Shown: piece by piece, positions 1 to 12,352 of the stretch
Numbering within the stretch: the first letter of the stretch is position 1
Layout: the number at the start of each line of letters is the position of its first letter
From: Campylobacterales bacterium
GTDB lineage: Bacteria; Campylobacterota; Campylobacteria; Campylobacterales; UBA6016
Assembly: GCA_036574095.1 (NCBI GenBank)
Contig: JAINCO010000058.1
Location: forward strand, 1-45,618
Length of the DNA stretch: 45,618 bases
Reading direction: 5' to 3'
Program-made: the position numbers and the translations under genes
Notes under the pieces: generated by a model
The model's database searches: none
Told to the model about the DNA's origin: nothing
The model's input: only the letters and a program-made list of their open reading frames with translations

Positions 1-450
1 GCACTTAGCAAAGTCTCTTCGGCTTTAAAGCTTCCAAAGTTCAAGATGATCATCTCATCCCCAGATGTTGCGGCAAAGCAAAAGGTTGACTTGCTCGTTG
101 AAAGTAGTGGCATAAGTGATCAGAAGATGGTAAACTTACTGAAGCTGCTTGTACACAACAAAAAAATTGAGGTCATCCCTGCTATTGCTGCTGAAGGAAG
201 AGATCTTTTGGCACGCCAAAAGAGGGAGTATCATGGCTTTGTCTATGCGCAAGACGCAGTGAGTGAGAGTGTCATCAGTGAGCTAGAGAGAAGGCTTCAT
301 GATCTCTTTAAGGCATCGGTGAAACTGGCATATCAACCAACACAAGAGGCGCAGATCAAGGTCGTCGTCCCCGATATGGGTGTCGAGGCTGAGTTTTCGA
401 AAGAGAAACTCAAGAATCAGCTGGTAGATCATATTCTTAGAGCGATTTAA
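1..450 (+). CDS. atpH: F1F0 ATP synthase delta subunit (5'-partial)
   Basis: Frame is open from position 1; directly precedes atpA; delta-like sequence (NLLKLLVHNKKIEVIPAI). Confidence 0.88.
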   Translation, partial: ALSKVSSALKLPKFKMIISSPDVAAKQKVDLLVESSGISDQKMVNLLKLLVHNKKIEVIPAIAAEGRDLLARQKREYHGFVYAQDAVSESVISELERRLHDLFKASVKLAYQPTQEAQIKVVVPDMGVEAEFSKEKLKNQLVDHILRAI

Positions 451-468
451 CTCAGGAAAGGAGTCGTA

Positions 469-1986
469 GTGGTAGCGAAGATTCAAGCTGATGAGATCAG
501 CTCAATCATTCGTGAGAGGATCGAAAATTTCGACCTTAAGATCGATGTGAATGAAACGGGCAAAGTAGTCTATTTTGGTGACGGCATCGCGAAGGTTTAC
601 GGCCTTGCGAATGTTATGGCAGGCGAGGTTGTCGTCTTTGACAATGGTGAGAAGGGGTTGGTTCAGAACCTTGAAGAGGGAAGTGTTGGTGTCGTTGTCC
701 TTGGCAAAGGGATCGGCATTCGTGAAGGGATGGGTGTTAAGCGCACAGGCTCACTCTTGAAGGTTCCTGTAGGACCAGCGATGATCGGTCGTGTTGTGAA
801 CTCGCTGGGTGAGCCGCTCGATGGGAAGGGCCCAATTGAGACAAGTGAGTATCGTTTCGTTGAGGAGAAGGCTCCTGGAATCATGGCACGTAAATCGGTT
901 CATGAGCCACTCCAGACAGGAATTAAAGCTATCGATGCGCTTGTTCCTATTGGACGCGGTCAGCGCGAGTTGATTATTGGCGATCGCCAAACTGGTAAAA
1001 CAACAGTTGCGATCGACACAATCATCAACCAAAAAGGGCAAAATGTTGTCTGTATCTATGTTGCGATCGGACAGAAACAATCAACGATTGCTCAGGTGAT
1101 TCGTACACTTGAAGAGCATGGTGCGATGGAGTATAGCATCGTTGTTGTGGCAAGCGCATCTGATTCAGCCGCGATGCAGTTCCTTGCTCCTTATGCAGGT
1201 GTGACCATCGGTGAGTGGTTCCGTGACAATAAAGCGCACGCTTTGATTGTCTATGATGATCTTTCTAAACATGCGGTTGCTTACCGTGAAATGTCACTTC
1301 TGTTGCGCCGCCCACCCGGACGCGAGGCATATCCTGGTGATGTCTTCTATCTCCATAGCCGCCTATTAGAGCGCGCTGCGAAGATGAGTGATGAGAGGGG
1401 TGCTGGAAGCCTCACGGCACTGCCAATCATCGAAACACAGGCGGGTGATGTCTCTGCCTACATCCCAACGAACGTTATTTCGATTACCGACGGTCAGATC
1501 TTCCTCGAGACAGATCTCTTTAACGCAGGTATTCGTCCTGCGATCAATGTTGGTATCTCAGTTAGCCGTGTTGGTGGTGCAGCTCAGATTAAGGCAACGA
1601 AGCAGGTTGCCGGAACACTTCGCCTTGATTTGGCTCAGTATCGCGAACTTCAGGCTTTTGCTCAGTTTGCTTCAGACCTCGATGAGGTAACACGCAAGCA
1701 GCTTGAGCGTGGTCAGCGTATGGTTGAGGTTCTTAAACAAAAAGCCAATCAGCCACTGGCGATCGAAAAACAGGTCTGCATCATTTTTGCAGGAAACCAT
1801 GGCTTCTTGGATGACATCAAAGTCTCAGATGTTTCGTCGTTTGAGGAGGGTATGCATACCTTTATCGAGACAAAATACCCACAGATTCTTGAAGCTATCC
1901 GAACCAATAAACAGATCGATAAAGATACAGAAGAGCTATTGAAAAAAGCGCTATCGGAGTATAAAGCGATCTTCGTCGCAAAATAA
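469..1986 (+). CDS. atpA: ATP synthase alpha subunit
   Basis: GDRQTGKT Walker [25 protein letters not shown]; AAGGAG RBS before GTG. Confidence 0.99.
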   Translation: MVAKIQADEISSIIRERIENFDLKIDVNETGKVVYFGDGIAKVYGLANVMAGEVVVFDNGEKGLVQNLEEGSVGVVVLGKGIGIREGMGVKRTGSLLKVPVGPAMIGRVVNSLGEPLDGKGPIETSEYRFVEEKAPGIMARKSVHEPLQTGIKAIDALVPIGRGQRELIIGDRQTGKTTVAIDTIINQKGQNVVCIYVAIGQKQSTIAQVIRTLEEHGAMEYSIVVVASASDSAAMQFLAPYAGVTIGEWFRDNKAHALIVYDDLSKHAVAYREMSLLLRRPPGREAYPGDVFYLHSRLLERAAKMSDERGAGSLTALPIIETQAGDVSAYIPTNVISITDGQIFLETDLFNAGIRPAINVGISVSRVGGAAQIKATKQVAGTLRLDLAQYRELQAFAQFASDLDEVTRKQLERGQRMVEVLKQKANQPLAIEKQVCIIFAGNHGFLDDIKVSDVSSFEEGMHTFIETKYPQILEAIRTNKQIDKDTEELLKKALSEYKAIFVAK

Positions 1987-1995
1987 GGTTAAACT

Positions 1996-4327
<2,332 letters not shown>

Positions 4328-4336
4328 GGGCAGGTA

Positions 4337-4720
4337 ATGACAACATTCAAAATGGAGATTGTCACCCCCTCTGGCAAGGTCTATGACAAAGAGGTCAAGT
4401 ATGCTTCGATTCCTGGTAAGCAGGGTGAATTTGGTGTGTTGCCTGGCCACTCGGCGCTGGTTACACTCCTTAGCCCTGGCGTGATTGAGATCGAAGAGGT
4501 TGATGGAAACAAAGAGGGTGTTGCCATCAATTGGGGTTATGTCGAGGTTAATGAAAATAAAGTGACGGTGTTGGCTGATCGTGCTGTGGCTGTTTATGGC
4601 AAAACAGATAGTGATCTGGCCAAAGCACTTGACGAAGCTGAAAAACTCCTCGAAAGCGCCATCGATTCGAATGTCGCACTTGCGAGTGCGAAGGCGCGCA
4701 TTCAACAGTATGGACGGTAA
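4337..4720 (+). CDS. atpC: ATP synthase epsilon subunit
   Basis: EIVTP, GEFGVLPGH motifs; operon position. Confidence 0.97.
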   Translation: MTTFKMEIVTPSGKVYDKEVKYASIPGKQGEFGVLPGHSALVTLLSPGVIEIEEVDGNKEGVAINWGYVEVNENKVTVLADRAVAVYGKTDSDLAKALDEAEKLLESAIDSNVALASAKARIQQYGR

Positions 4721-4728
4721 GGCTCCCG

Positions 4729-5301
4729 ATGCAGGGGCTTGCCGCCTATCTCTCTACTGCTTCTCCGATTACCTGGTTGGTCTTTGGGGTTCTTTCGCTT
4801 TATTTTATTGCGATTCTCTGGATTTTTATCGATCGCTATAGGTATCTATCAAAGTGGCTAGCGCGTGAACAAGCAGCTACTGAGGCTTTTTTGATGGGTT
4901 CAAGGAATATTTCAGAGAGTCCTGCCCTGTCAGGATGTATCAAGCGAGCCGGAAAACTTTCTCGCCCGGTTCTTGATACCTGCCTTCAGGCGAGCGCCAA
5001 AGAGTCTTCTGTTGGATTAACAATTCTCTCGATTGTCTCTTCGACATCACCTTTTGTAGGGCTTTTCGGGACGGTTGTCTCAATCCTTGACTCTTTTGCC
5101 AAGATGGGTGGACAGCATGTGACGATGGCAGTGATGGCGCCAGCGATTAGTGAAGCATTGATCGCGACAGCGATTGGAATTTTTGTCGCGATTTGGGCTT
5201 ATACCTTTCATCTACTTTTAAAGCGGCGTGCTTACGAAGTAATGACCTATATCTCGATGCAAATTAATATGATCTTGGCTCATGAGACTTCCGAACTTTG
5301 A
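4729..5301 (+). CDS. tolQ: TolQ/ExbB/MotA-family proton channel
   Basis: SPFVGLFGTV and ISEALIATAIG motifs; upstream of tolB-pal. Confidence 0.88.
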   Translation: MQGLAAYLSTASPITWLVFGVLSLYFIAILWIFIDRYRYLSKWLAREQAATEAFLMGSRNISESPALSGCIKRAGKLSRPVLDTCLQASAKESSVGLTILSIVSSTSPFVGLFGTVVSILDSFAKMGGQHVTMAVMAPAISEALIATAIGIFVAIWAYTFHLLLKRRAYEVMTYISMQINMILAHETSEL

Positions 5302-5683
5302 ATGGGATGAAGAGCCACAGCTAAATATCACGCCTTTGGTTGATGTGATGCTTGTGTTGTTGGCGATTTTGATGGTGGCTGCGCCAGTTGTCATCTACAC
5401 AGAGGATATTGCCTTGCCTAAGGGATCTGCTCAAGTAAAGTTTGAGCCACTCAAAGAGCTGAGGTTAGCGATGCGCGCCGATGGCTCTGTTCTCATTGAT
5501 GGAGAGATTGTTTCAAATGAGCAACTGGCAACGCGACTGGCACAAGCAGGTGCAGGAGAGGGGCGTAACCGTAGTGTTGTGATTATGGCTGATAAAGGGC
5601 TTCGTTACGAACAGGTGATCGAATTGCTTACACTTGCTAAACGAGCCGGTTTTACGAAAGTCTCTTTGGCAACTGATGGCTAA
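5282..5683 (+). CDS. tolR: TolR/ExbD-family protein
   Basis: LNITPLVDVMLVLL motif. Confidence 0.88.
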   Translation: MRLPNFEWDEEPQLNITPLVDVMLVLLAILMVAAPVVIYTEDIALPKGSAQVKFEPLKELRLAMRADGSVLIDGEIVSNEQLATRLAQAGAGEGRNRSVVIMADKGLRYEQVIELLTLAKRAGFTKVSLATDG

Positions 5684-5685
5684 CG

Positions 5686-6456
5686 ATGGTGTCACGCTTT
5701 TGGTTAAGTGGCTTGATTGCGGTAAGCATCTATCTGCTACTAATCTATCTTCTTTTTTTAGCTTTTCGTGAGCCTCCCCGAATTGAACAACCCCCACAAG
5801 AGGTAATGAAAGTCGATCTAACGCTACTTGAGCCATCTATCAATGGCGCGACTGAGCCAGTGCGCAACGAGAGTCAATCAGAGCCTCAGCCCCCCTTGTC
5901 CCAACAAGTGTCAAAATCTCATTCACCTCAGTTATCACAGCAACGCACGCCTCCTGATTCTGGAGGTATAGCCCCATCACGTGCTGAGCCTGATCTGGGC
6001 GAGCTCTTTTCGCATTTGGCGCCAGTTAAAAGTGAGCCATCAAAGCCACTGAAGAACTACGCTGAAGCCATTAGTGCTTCAGTTAAGAGTCCACTGGAGC
6101 GATCACAGTCTGAGCCTAAAAAGTCATTAAGCGCTATTGCTGACCTAACCCTCCTTCCGCTCGATCGCTCACATCATAGTGATGGTTCAGGTGATCAAGA
6201 ATACTTTTATCGAATTGCTGATATGATTGAGAAGGGTTATCAGCCACAGCCCGATGAGATTGGGTTGGTGGTTGGTGTTGAGTTAAAAATAGCAGCGGAT
6301 GGAAGTTTTACCTACAAAATTGTACGCTCATCAGGGCGTCAAAGTTGTGATGAGCGGGTGACAAGGCTTTTAGAAAAGATGAAGGAGAAAGGATTACCGC
6401 CACCCGAGAAGAGCCTATCGGTGCGATTGAATTTTAAAGCGAAGGGAAGATCATGA
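5686..6456 (+). CDS. TolA/TonB-like energy transducer
   Basis: N-terminal TM helix, Pro/Ser/Glu-rich linker, C-terminal TonB/TolA-like domain (RSSG..CD..V..LP.P); position between tolR and tolB. Confidence 0.8.
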   Translation: MVSRFWLSGLIAVSIYLLLIYLLFLAFREPPRIEQPPQEVMKVDLTLLEPSINGATEPVRNESQSEPQPPLSQQVSKSHSPQLSQQRTPPDSGGIAPSRAEPDLGELFSHLAPVKSEPSKPLKNYAEAISASVKSPLERSQSEPKKSLSAIADLTLLPLDRSHHSDGSGDQEYFYRIADMIEKGYQPQPDEIGLVVGVELKIAADGSFTYKIVRSSGRQSCDERVTRLLEKMKEKGLPPPEKSLSVRLNFKAKGRS

Positions 6457-7610
6457 GAAGATGGTTAATGATGGTTCTGTCGGTGATTACAGTTTGGGCC
6501 GAAGAGCGTGCGATTGATATCGTGAAGCCAGTTAGTGACAAGGTTGAATTAACCTATACGATTATCTCATCAGACGATGGTTTGGCAAAACAGATTGGAG
6601 AACTTGTCGAATTCGACTTTTCGGCACTCTCTACATTTTTGCCTAAACGGGTGTCGGCTAATGAGGCTCTGTTAGTTCTGACGGCAACCAAAGAGAAAGG
6701 GGGTGTTGCTATTGAGGTTTCTTATAAAGGTGCCAAACCCTTTGCAAGAGGCTACAAGACGGATGATGCCAATCGCTACCCATTTCTTGTCCACCGACTG
6801 GCTGCTGAATTAAGCGAACACCTCACCAAAAATCGTCCTATTTGGCTTGAAAAACCTGTTCTTTATGCGCGCTATGCAGGGGCAGGAAAAAGTGATATCT
6901 ATGTGGCTGATTATACCTTTCGCTACCAGCGTCGCGTGATTACAGGTGGGATGAATATCTTTCCCAAATGGGCCGATCAGACAGGTCGATCGATCTACTA
7001 TACGGCTAATGAAGGTCGGCCGATTCTCTATCGAGCCGATCTTTATAGTGGTGAGCGCGAACGGATTCTTTCAAGTGGTGGGATGACGGTTTGCTCAGAT
7101 GTGTCGCCAGATGGTAGTCGCCTGCTTGTGACGATGGCTCCGAAGGGGGAACCTAATATCTACCTTTTTGAGCGTGAGAGGCGTAAGTTGACCCAGCTAA
7201 CGACATTTAGAGGTATTGATGTCTCAGCGCTCTTTGCACCTGGCGAGAAGATTGTGATGGTCAGTGATCGTATGGGCTATCCCAATATCTATACTCAGAA
7301 AATAGGCGAAGAGCGTGTTGAACAGGTTGTTTTTGCTACAAAAAGCAATCTTCAACCAAGAGTTTATGGTACGATGCTCGCTTATCTCTCGCAAGATGAT
7401 GGTCAGTCATCTATCTTCCTTGGAGATCTTGGAGGACATTTGGGTAAGCGGATTGCCACAGGAGGCAGAGTTGAGTGGATCGATTGGTCGCCGGATGGAA
7501 AGCGTCTTTTGGCTCTACGAGAAAGTCATGTCGTCGTAGTCGATCCAGTCAAAGGAGAGTATTGGGCGCTGCCAACTCAATTGAGCGGTATCCAGTCGCT
7601 GCAGTGGTAG
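6453..7610 (+). CDS. tolB: TolB beta-propeller periplasmic protein
   Basis: Signal peptide; IYVADY, FPKW, DVSPDG, SDRMGYPNIY, WSPDG propeller repeats. Confidence 0.9.
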   Translation: MRRWLMMVLSVITVWAEERAIDIVKPVSDKVELTYTIISSDDGLAKQIGELVEFDFSALSTFLPKRVSANEALLVLTATKEKGGVAIEVSYKGAKPFARGYKTDDANRYPFLVHRLAAELSEHLTKNRPIWLEKPVLYARYAGAGKSDIYVADYTFRYQRRVITGGMNIFPKWADQTGRSIYYTANEGRPILYRADLYSGERERILSSGGMTVCSDVSPDGSRLLVTMAPKGEPNIYLFERERRKLTQLTTFRGIDVSALFAPGEKIVMVSDRMGYPNIYTQKIGEERVEQVVFATKSNLQPRVYGTMLAYLSQDDGQSSIFLGDLGGHLGKRIATGGRVEWIDWSPDGKRLLALRESHVVVVDPVKGEYWALPTQLSGIQSLQW

Positions 7611-7646
7611 AGCGAAACAAGATAGCGAAGAAGGAGAGATGTTTGT

Positions 7647-8282
7647 ATGCGTAAACAATTTTTCTATTGGTTGATTGTTGCAGCCATAGTGGTGATGGCT
7701 GGATGTAGTGCGAAAACAGGACCTAAAACTTATCAATTTCCGAGTGATCAAGGAAAAATGGATGGCAATAATAGTAGTAACATAACATTACCGAATGATA
7801 CGAAACTCACACCCTTAGAGGGGATGGTTGATGCGAAAAGTTATCCCGGTGGGGGATTAAGTGGCGTCAAGCCTGATGAGATTATTGTTTTTGGTGGCCC
7901 AAACGATCCAGATATCAACATGACCATTATCGACATCAACCAAAGTGGTGTTAAAAGTATCTATTTTGCCTATGATAGTTATGTGATTGAGCCGGCCATG
8001 CAGTCGGTTCTTAAGAAAAATAGCGAGCTTATTCGCGGGCTCTTCTTGCATGGGGCTAGATTGCGTTTAGAAGGGAATTGCGATAAGCGCGGTAGTGATG
8101 AATATAACTATGCGCTTGGGTTAAAGCGGGCCACAGCTACGAAGGAGTTTCTCGTGATGCAAGGAATTCGTGATGATCTTATTAGCCTGATTAGTTATGG
8201 GGAGAGCAATCCTGAGTGCAAAGAGGAACATGAGGCTTGCTATGCTAAAAATCGTCGTGTCGATTTTAAGCTGGAGAAGTAG
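7647..8282 (+). CDS. pal: Peptidoglycan-associated lipoprotein Pal (OmpA-like domain)
   Basis: Lipobox MAGC; IYFAYD, EGNCDKRGSDEYNYALGLKRA, SYGE, KNRRVD. Confidence 0.93.
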   Translation: MRKQFFYWLIVAAIVVMAGCSAKTGPKTYQFPSDQGKMDGNNSSNITLPNDTKLTPLEGMVDAKSYPGGGLSGVKPDEIIVFGGPNDPDINMTIIDINQSGVKSIYFAYDSYVIEPAMQSVLKKNSELIRGLFLHGARLRLEGNCDKRGSDEYNYALGLKRATATKEFLVMQGIRDDLISLISYGESNPECKEEHEACYAKNRRVDFKLEK

Positions 8283-8285
8283 AGG

Positions 8286-9233
8286 ATGAGGCGGATAGTA
8301 GCAATAGCGTTGATTCTCGTCTCTTTTGGGTATGCCGATGAGCCATCGGCCTTTAAGGCTGGCGATCTGACTTCTCCTTATGCTTATGGTTTGACGCCCG
8401 CTGAAGAGCAGATCGTCAAAAACCGTAAGGAGATTGAGCAGCTTAAGGTTGAGGTGGCGCAGGCCATCCAACAAGGAGCTCGCCTTGCTGAGCAGAGTGA
8501 AGGGCTTAAGAGTGTTGTTGAAGGGCTGACAGAGACGATTGGTAAAATTCGCGAAGAGAGTGCTCGCTTTAAGGATGAGTCTAATATCTCGGTGGCTCTT
8601 GATGAGCTTAACAAGACGATGGTTGGTCGTTTTGAGAAACTTGAAGAGATGATGCGTGCTCAGCAAGAGAATTTAGAGAGAGTCGTTGTGGCGATGCGAG
8701 AATTGGCTGCTTATTTGCAGAGTGAGCGTAATGAGAGCAATCTAAGTTGCGAGAGTCAGATCGATGCATTGGCGATGTCAATTGAGGAACTTCGTGTTGA
8801 TCGGGCGCAGCGCGATTATAAGGATATGATAGCGATGCGTGAGAGCTTCAAAAAAGAGGCACTTACATCTAAAGATCCAGCAACATTGTTTAAAGAGGCC
8901 AAAGAGGCCTTTAATCGTGGTGAAATTTGGGTGGCTGCGCCGGCTTTTGAACAATTAGCAACAAGACCTGAGTATAAAGCCGAGGCAAACTTTTATCTTG
9001 GCGAAACAGCGCTTGCGCAAGAGAAATATCGTGAGGCGCTTGATGCCTACAAAGCCAGTATCGAAGCCAATGATAAAGGAGAGTGGGTTCCTAAGTTGCT
9101 GTTGCATTCGGCCATGTCGCTTGAGAAGCTTGGCGATATGAAGGGGGCGCGCAAGCTCTATGAGACTTTGTCGCTACGGTTTCCTTCAACCAAAGAGGGG
9201 CGCGCGGCACGCGAAGCACTAAAGAGGAAATAA
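8286..9233 (+). CDS. cpoB: CpoB/YbgF-like coiled-coil + TPR periplasmic protein
   Basis: Signal peptide, EPSAFKAG N-terminus, coiled coil, C-terminal TPRs; follows pal. Confidence 0.8.
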   Translation: MRRIVAIALILVSFGYADEPSAFKAGDLTSPYAYGLTPAEEQIVKNRKEIEQLKVEVAQAIQQGARLAEQSEGLKSVVEGLTETIGKIREESARFKDESNISVALDELNKTMVGRFEKLEEMMRAQQENLERVVVAMRELAAYLQSERNESNLSCESQIDALAMSIEELRVDRAQRDYKDMIAMRESFKKEALTSKDPATLFKEAKEAFNRGEIWVAAPAFEQLATRPEYKAEANFYLGETALAQEKYREALDAYKASIEANDKGEWVPKLLLHSAMSLEKLGDMKGARKLYETLSLRFPSTKEGRAAREALKRK

Positions 9234-9263
9234 TACCAAAATAATCTGATTTAAACCAAATTG

Positions 9264-9272
9264 TGTTACAAT
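9264..9272 (+). promoter_or_regulatory. Extended -10 promoter element (TGTTACAAT) for slyD
   Basis: TGn-TACAAT about 30 nt upstream of the slyD start. Confidence 0.5.
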
Positions 9273-9301
9273 CGAGCTTCCATAATTTAAAAGGAGAAAG
9301 A

Positions 9302-9847
9302 GTGGCTATTGAAAGTAATATGGTCGTAGCAATGACCTACGAAGTGCGCAGTAAAGAGGATGGTGAGCTAATTGACAGCAATGTCGGTGGCGCACCATTG
9401 GAGTTTATTACAGGGCGTGGCATGATTATCCCAGGCCTCGAGCAGGCTGTGATGGCGATGAATGTTGGTGAGATGGCCACAATTGAAGTGGCAGCCGCCG
9501 ATGCCTATGGTGAGTGGGATGCCTCTCAGATCGAGCGCCGCCCACGCGAGCAGTTTGCTGGTTTGGATCTGGCACCCGGAATGACCCTCTATGGACAGGA
9601 TGAGCATGGGGGTGTTGTTCAGGTGACAGTTCGATCGTTTGATGATGAGAGTGTTGAGATTGACTTTAACCATCCATTGGCTGGTAAAGATCTGATCTTT
9701 GATGTACGCATCGATAGCGTCCGTGAGCCAACTGTCATGGAGTCGATGACTGGTCAAATTGAGCGTATTGGTGGTGGATGTTGTGGTAGTGACTATGGCC
9801 ACAGCCATGGTGGCGGTGGATGCTGTGGTGGCGGAGGTTGCCATTAA
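9302..9847 (+). CDS. slyD: FKBP-type PPIase / nickel chaperone SlyD
   Basis: IIPGLE, DFNHPLAGKDL; Cys/His/Gly-rich tail; start moved to GTG 9302 after AAGGAG. Confidence 0.95.
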   Translation: MAIESNMVVAMTYEVRSKEDGELIDSNVGGAPLEFITGRGMIIPGLEQAVMAMNVGEMATIEVAAADAYGEWDASQIERRPREQFAGLDLAPGMTLYGQDEHGGVVQVTVRSFDDESVEIDFNHPLAGKDLIFDVRIDSVREPTVMESMTGQIERIGGGCCGSDYGHSHGGGGCCGGGGCH

Positions 9848-9854
9848 AAAAGTG

Positions 9855-9886
9855 CACGATACAGGAGCAAATGCTCCGGTATCGTG
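9855..9886 (+). terminator. Stem-loop after slyD (terminator or stabilising hairpin)
   Basis: CACGATAC-A-GGAGCA-AA-TGCTCC-G-GTATCGTG, 14 bp with one mismatch; no clear U-tract. Confidence 0.55.
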
Positions 9887-9900
9887 AGTTATCGTCGGTT

Positions 9901-9932
9901 GTTGTGACAAAAGCGGGGCGGTTGTGACAAAA
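9901..9932. repeat. 12-bp direct repeat GTTGTGACAAAA x2, 20-bp period
   Basis: Exact copies at 9901-9912 and 9921-9932 upstream of fabD. Confidence 0.8.
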
Positions 9933-9950
9933 ATCGATCGAGGAGTAGTG

Positions 9951-10877
9951 ATGAAGAGAGTTGGCTATCTCTTTCCTGGCCAGGGAAGTCAGGGCGTGGG
10001 TATGGGCAAAGCTTTTGTTGAAGCCTTTCCTTTAGCGCGCGAGATGCTCGAGGCAGCGAGTAGTCGCATGGGTTTTGACATGGGCAAGTTGATGTTTGAG
10101 GCGGATGTGCGATTGGAGCAGACAGCCTATACCCAGCCAGCGATTCTTTTGGTAAGCATGATGGCTCTCAAGCTCTTTGAAAAGGAGGCCAAAATAACCC
10201 CCCTTTTTGCGATGGGTCATTCACTGGGTGAGGTGAGCGCCGTGGCTGCTGTTGGTGGGCTGGATGCGATCGATGCAGTGGCGTTGGTGCATGAGCGGGG
10301 GCGTTTGATGCAGCAGGCGTGCGAGGGGGCAGAGGCTGGGATGATGGTGCTTTTGGGGCTTGATGATGCAAAGGCCGAAGAGATTTGTGCTGAGGGTAGA
10401 GATAACGGTCTCTCTCTTTGGCCAGCCAATTACAATGCTGATGGCCAAATTGTCCTCGCGGGTCTTAAGGAGGATTTGGCGCTGATGGAGCCAAAGTTTA
10501 AAGAGGCGGGTGCGAAACGGGCAATGTTGCTTGCTATGTCGGTGGCGAGCCACTGTCCTCTTCTCGCATCGGCGGTTGAGCCTTTTAAAGCTCTTCTTGA
10601 AGCCAAGCTAAAAGAGACATTTCGCGCGCCCGTGATTAGTAATGTCACGACTGAGCCCTATCGTACAAAAGCTGAGGCTGTTGAACTTCTTTCAGGACAG
10701 CTGGTTAAGCCCGTACGCTACAAACAATCAATTGAGCGAGTAGCGGGCGATGTTGATGTGTTGATAGAGTTTGGTCATGGTAAGGTGTTAGCAGGACTGA
10801 ATAAAAAAATTGCAACACCTACCATTAGTGTTAATGACCCAGCAATCCTTGAAGCTGCCCTGAAGGAGCTTGCGTGA
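9951..10877 (+). CDS. fabD: Malonyl-CoA:ACP transacylase
   Basis: FPGQGSQ, GHSLGE, SVASHC; start at ATG 9951 after AGGAG. Confidence 0.97.
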   Translation: MKRVGYLFPGQGSQGVGMGKAFVEAFPLAREMLEAASSRMGFDMGKLMFEADVRLEQTAYTQPAILLVSMMALKLFEKEAKITPLFAMGHSLGEVSAVAAVGGLDAIDAVALVHERGRLMQQACEGAEAGMMVLLGLDDAKAEEICAEGRDNGLSLWPANYNADGQIVLAGLKEDLALMEPKFKEAGAKRAMLLAMSVASHCPLLASAVEPFKALLEAKLKETFRAPVISNVTTEPYRTKAEAVELLSGQLVKPVRYKQSIERVAGDVDVLIEFGHGKVLAGLNKKIATPTISVNDPAILEAALKELA

Positions 10878-11560
10878 TCATTGGGCTATTAGGGGCGATG
10901 AGAGAGGAGATTGAGCCCTTATTAGAGGCCGTAGGAAGCTATCAGCTAATTGAGTATGCCGGCAATAAGTTCTATTTCGCCAAACGAAATGTGCATGATC
11001 TGGTCATCGCCTATAGTAAAATTGGCAAGGTTAATGCCGCCCTCACAGCTACACTACTTCTTGAAAAATTCGGGGCACAGCTGATTCTTTTTAGCGGCGT
11101 GGCCGGAGGGATTAATCCGTCACTTAATATCGGTGATCTTGTCGTGGCAACCAAGCTTGTGCAACATGATGTTGATCTGACCCCTTTTGGTCATCCCTGG
11201 GGGTTTATACCTGAAAGTGGTGACTTTTATGAGACTGATGTAAGGCTGCGCGATATTGCTGATGATGCGGCCAAAGAGTTGGGATTGACACTACTTAAAG
11301 GCGTGATTGCTACGGGTGATCAATTTGTGGCCGATGAGGCAAAAAAGAGATGGATCGGTGCTACTTATGGGGCTGATGCGCTGGAGATGGAAGGGGCGAG
11401 TGTGGCTGCTGTTTGTACGCTCATGGGGCGACCTTGTTTTGTGCTGCGCTCGATTTCTGATAAGGCTGGTGAGAGTGCGGCAATCGATTTTGATGCCTTC
11501 CTCGTTGATGCCTCTAAGCGTAGTGCTGCTTTGATACTTGCGATGGTTGATCGACTTTGA
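10874..11560 (+). CDS. mtnN: MTA/SAH (aminofutalosine-type) nucleosidase
   Basis: GAMREE, IGKVNAA, TGDQF, EMEGA, RSISD motifs. Confidence 0.95.
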   Translation: MIIGLLGAMREEIEPLLEAVGSYQLIEYAGNKFYFAKRNVHDLVIAYSKIGKVNAALTATLLLEKFGAQLILFSGVAGGINPSLNIGDLVVATKLVQHDVDLTPFGHPWGFIPESGDFYETDVRLRDIADDAAKELGLTLLKGVIATGDQFVADEAKKRWIGATYGADALEMEGASVAAVCTLMGRPCFVLRSISDKAGESAAIDFDAFLVDASKRSAALILAMVDRL

Positions 11561-12318
11561 TGAGAGCTGAGTTATCCAAAAAACTTCTTAAAACCGTTGG
11601 TCGTACGAATGGAGAGTTTGAGCTTATTGGTGAAGGCGACAAAATCTGTTTGGCTCTTTCTGGCGGTAAAGATTCGTTAACCTTAGCCCACATCCTCAAA
11701 GAGATGCAGCGGCGTGCCCCCTTTACATTTGAGTTTATAGCTGTGACGGTGAGTTACGGGATGGGTGAAGATCTTTCGCAGCTTCAAGAACATTGCGCGC
11801 GCTATGAGATTCCCTATAAGATCTATGAGACCCAAATTTTTGAGATTGCCCAAGATCATATCCGAGAGAACTCCTCTTTTTGTAGCTTTTTTTCGCGGAT
11901 GCGTAGAGGGGCACTTTATACAATGGCCAAAGAGCTTGGGTGTAATAAGCTTGCCTTGGGTCATCACCTCGATGATATGGCTGAGAGCTTTTTTATGAAT
12001 ATCCTCTATAATGGTTCGATGCGCGCACTCGCGCCCAAATACAGAGCCGACAATGGCATTATTGTCATTCGCCCCCTGATAAAGGTGCGCGAGCGGGTTT
12101 TGCGCTATCATGCCCAGATCAATAACTTTCCTGTGATTGGCGATGAGGCGTGTCCCTCGATGAAATTTAGCGTCAAAATGCCTTATGCCAGAGCCAAAAC
12201 GAAGGAGTTATTGGCGCGCCTTGAAGCTGAGCATAGCAATCTTTTTAGGATGCTTGCAACAGCCTTTGCCCATATTCACGATGATACCTTTTTTGAGAAA
12301 GAGCGCTTTAAGCTTTGA
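11557..12318 (+). CDS. ttcA: tRNA 2-thiocytidine biosynthesis protein, TtcA family
   Basis: PP-loop SGGKDS, CSFFSRMRRG, GHHLDD, IRPL. Confidence 0.88.
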   Translation: MMRAELSKKLLKTVGRTNGEFELIGEGDKICLALSGGKDSLTLAHILKEMQRRAPFTFEFIAVTVSYGMGEDLSQLQEHCARYEIPYKIYETQIFEIAQDHIRENSSFCSFFSRMRRGALYTMAKELGCNKLALGHHLDDMAESFFMNILYNGSMRALAPKYRADNGIIVIRPLIKVRERVLRYHAQINNFPVIGDEACPSMKFSVKMPYARAKTKELLARLEAEHSNLFRMLATAFAHIHDDTFFEKERFKL

Positions 12319-12352
12319 CTTAAACGCGGGGTTGATCATTGCATGAGGAAGG

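Noticed and set aside
4337-9233. atp operon running directly into tol-pal genes
   Set aside because: Standard Campylobacterota synteny, not novel.
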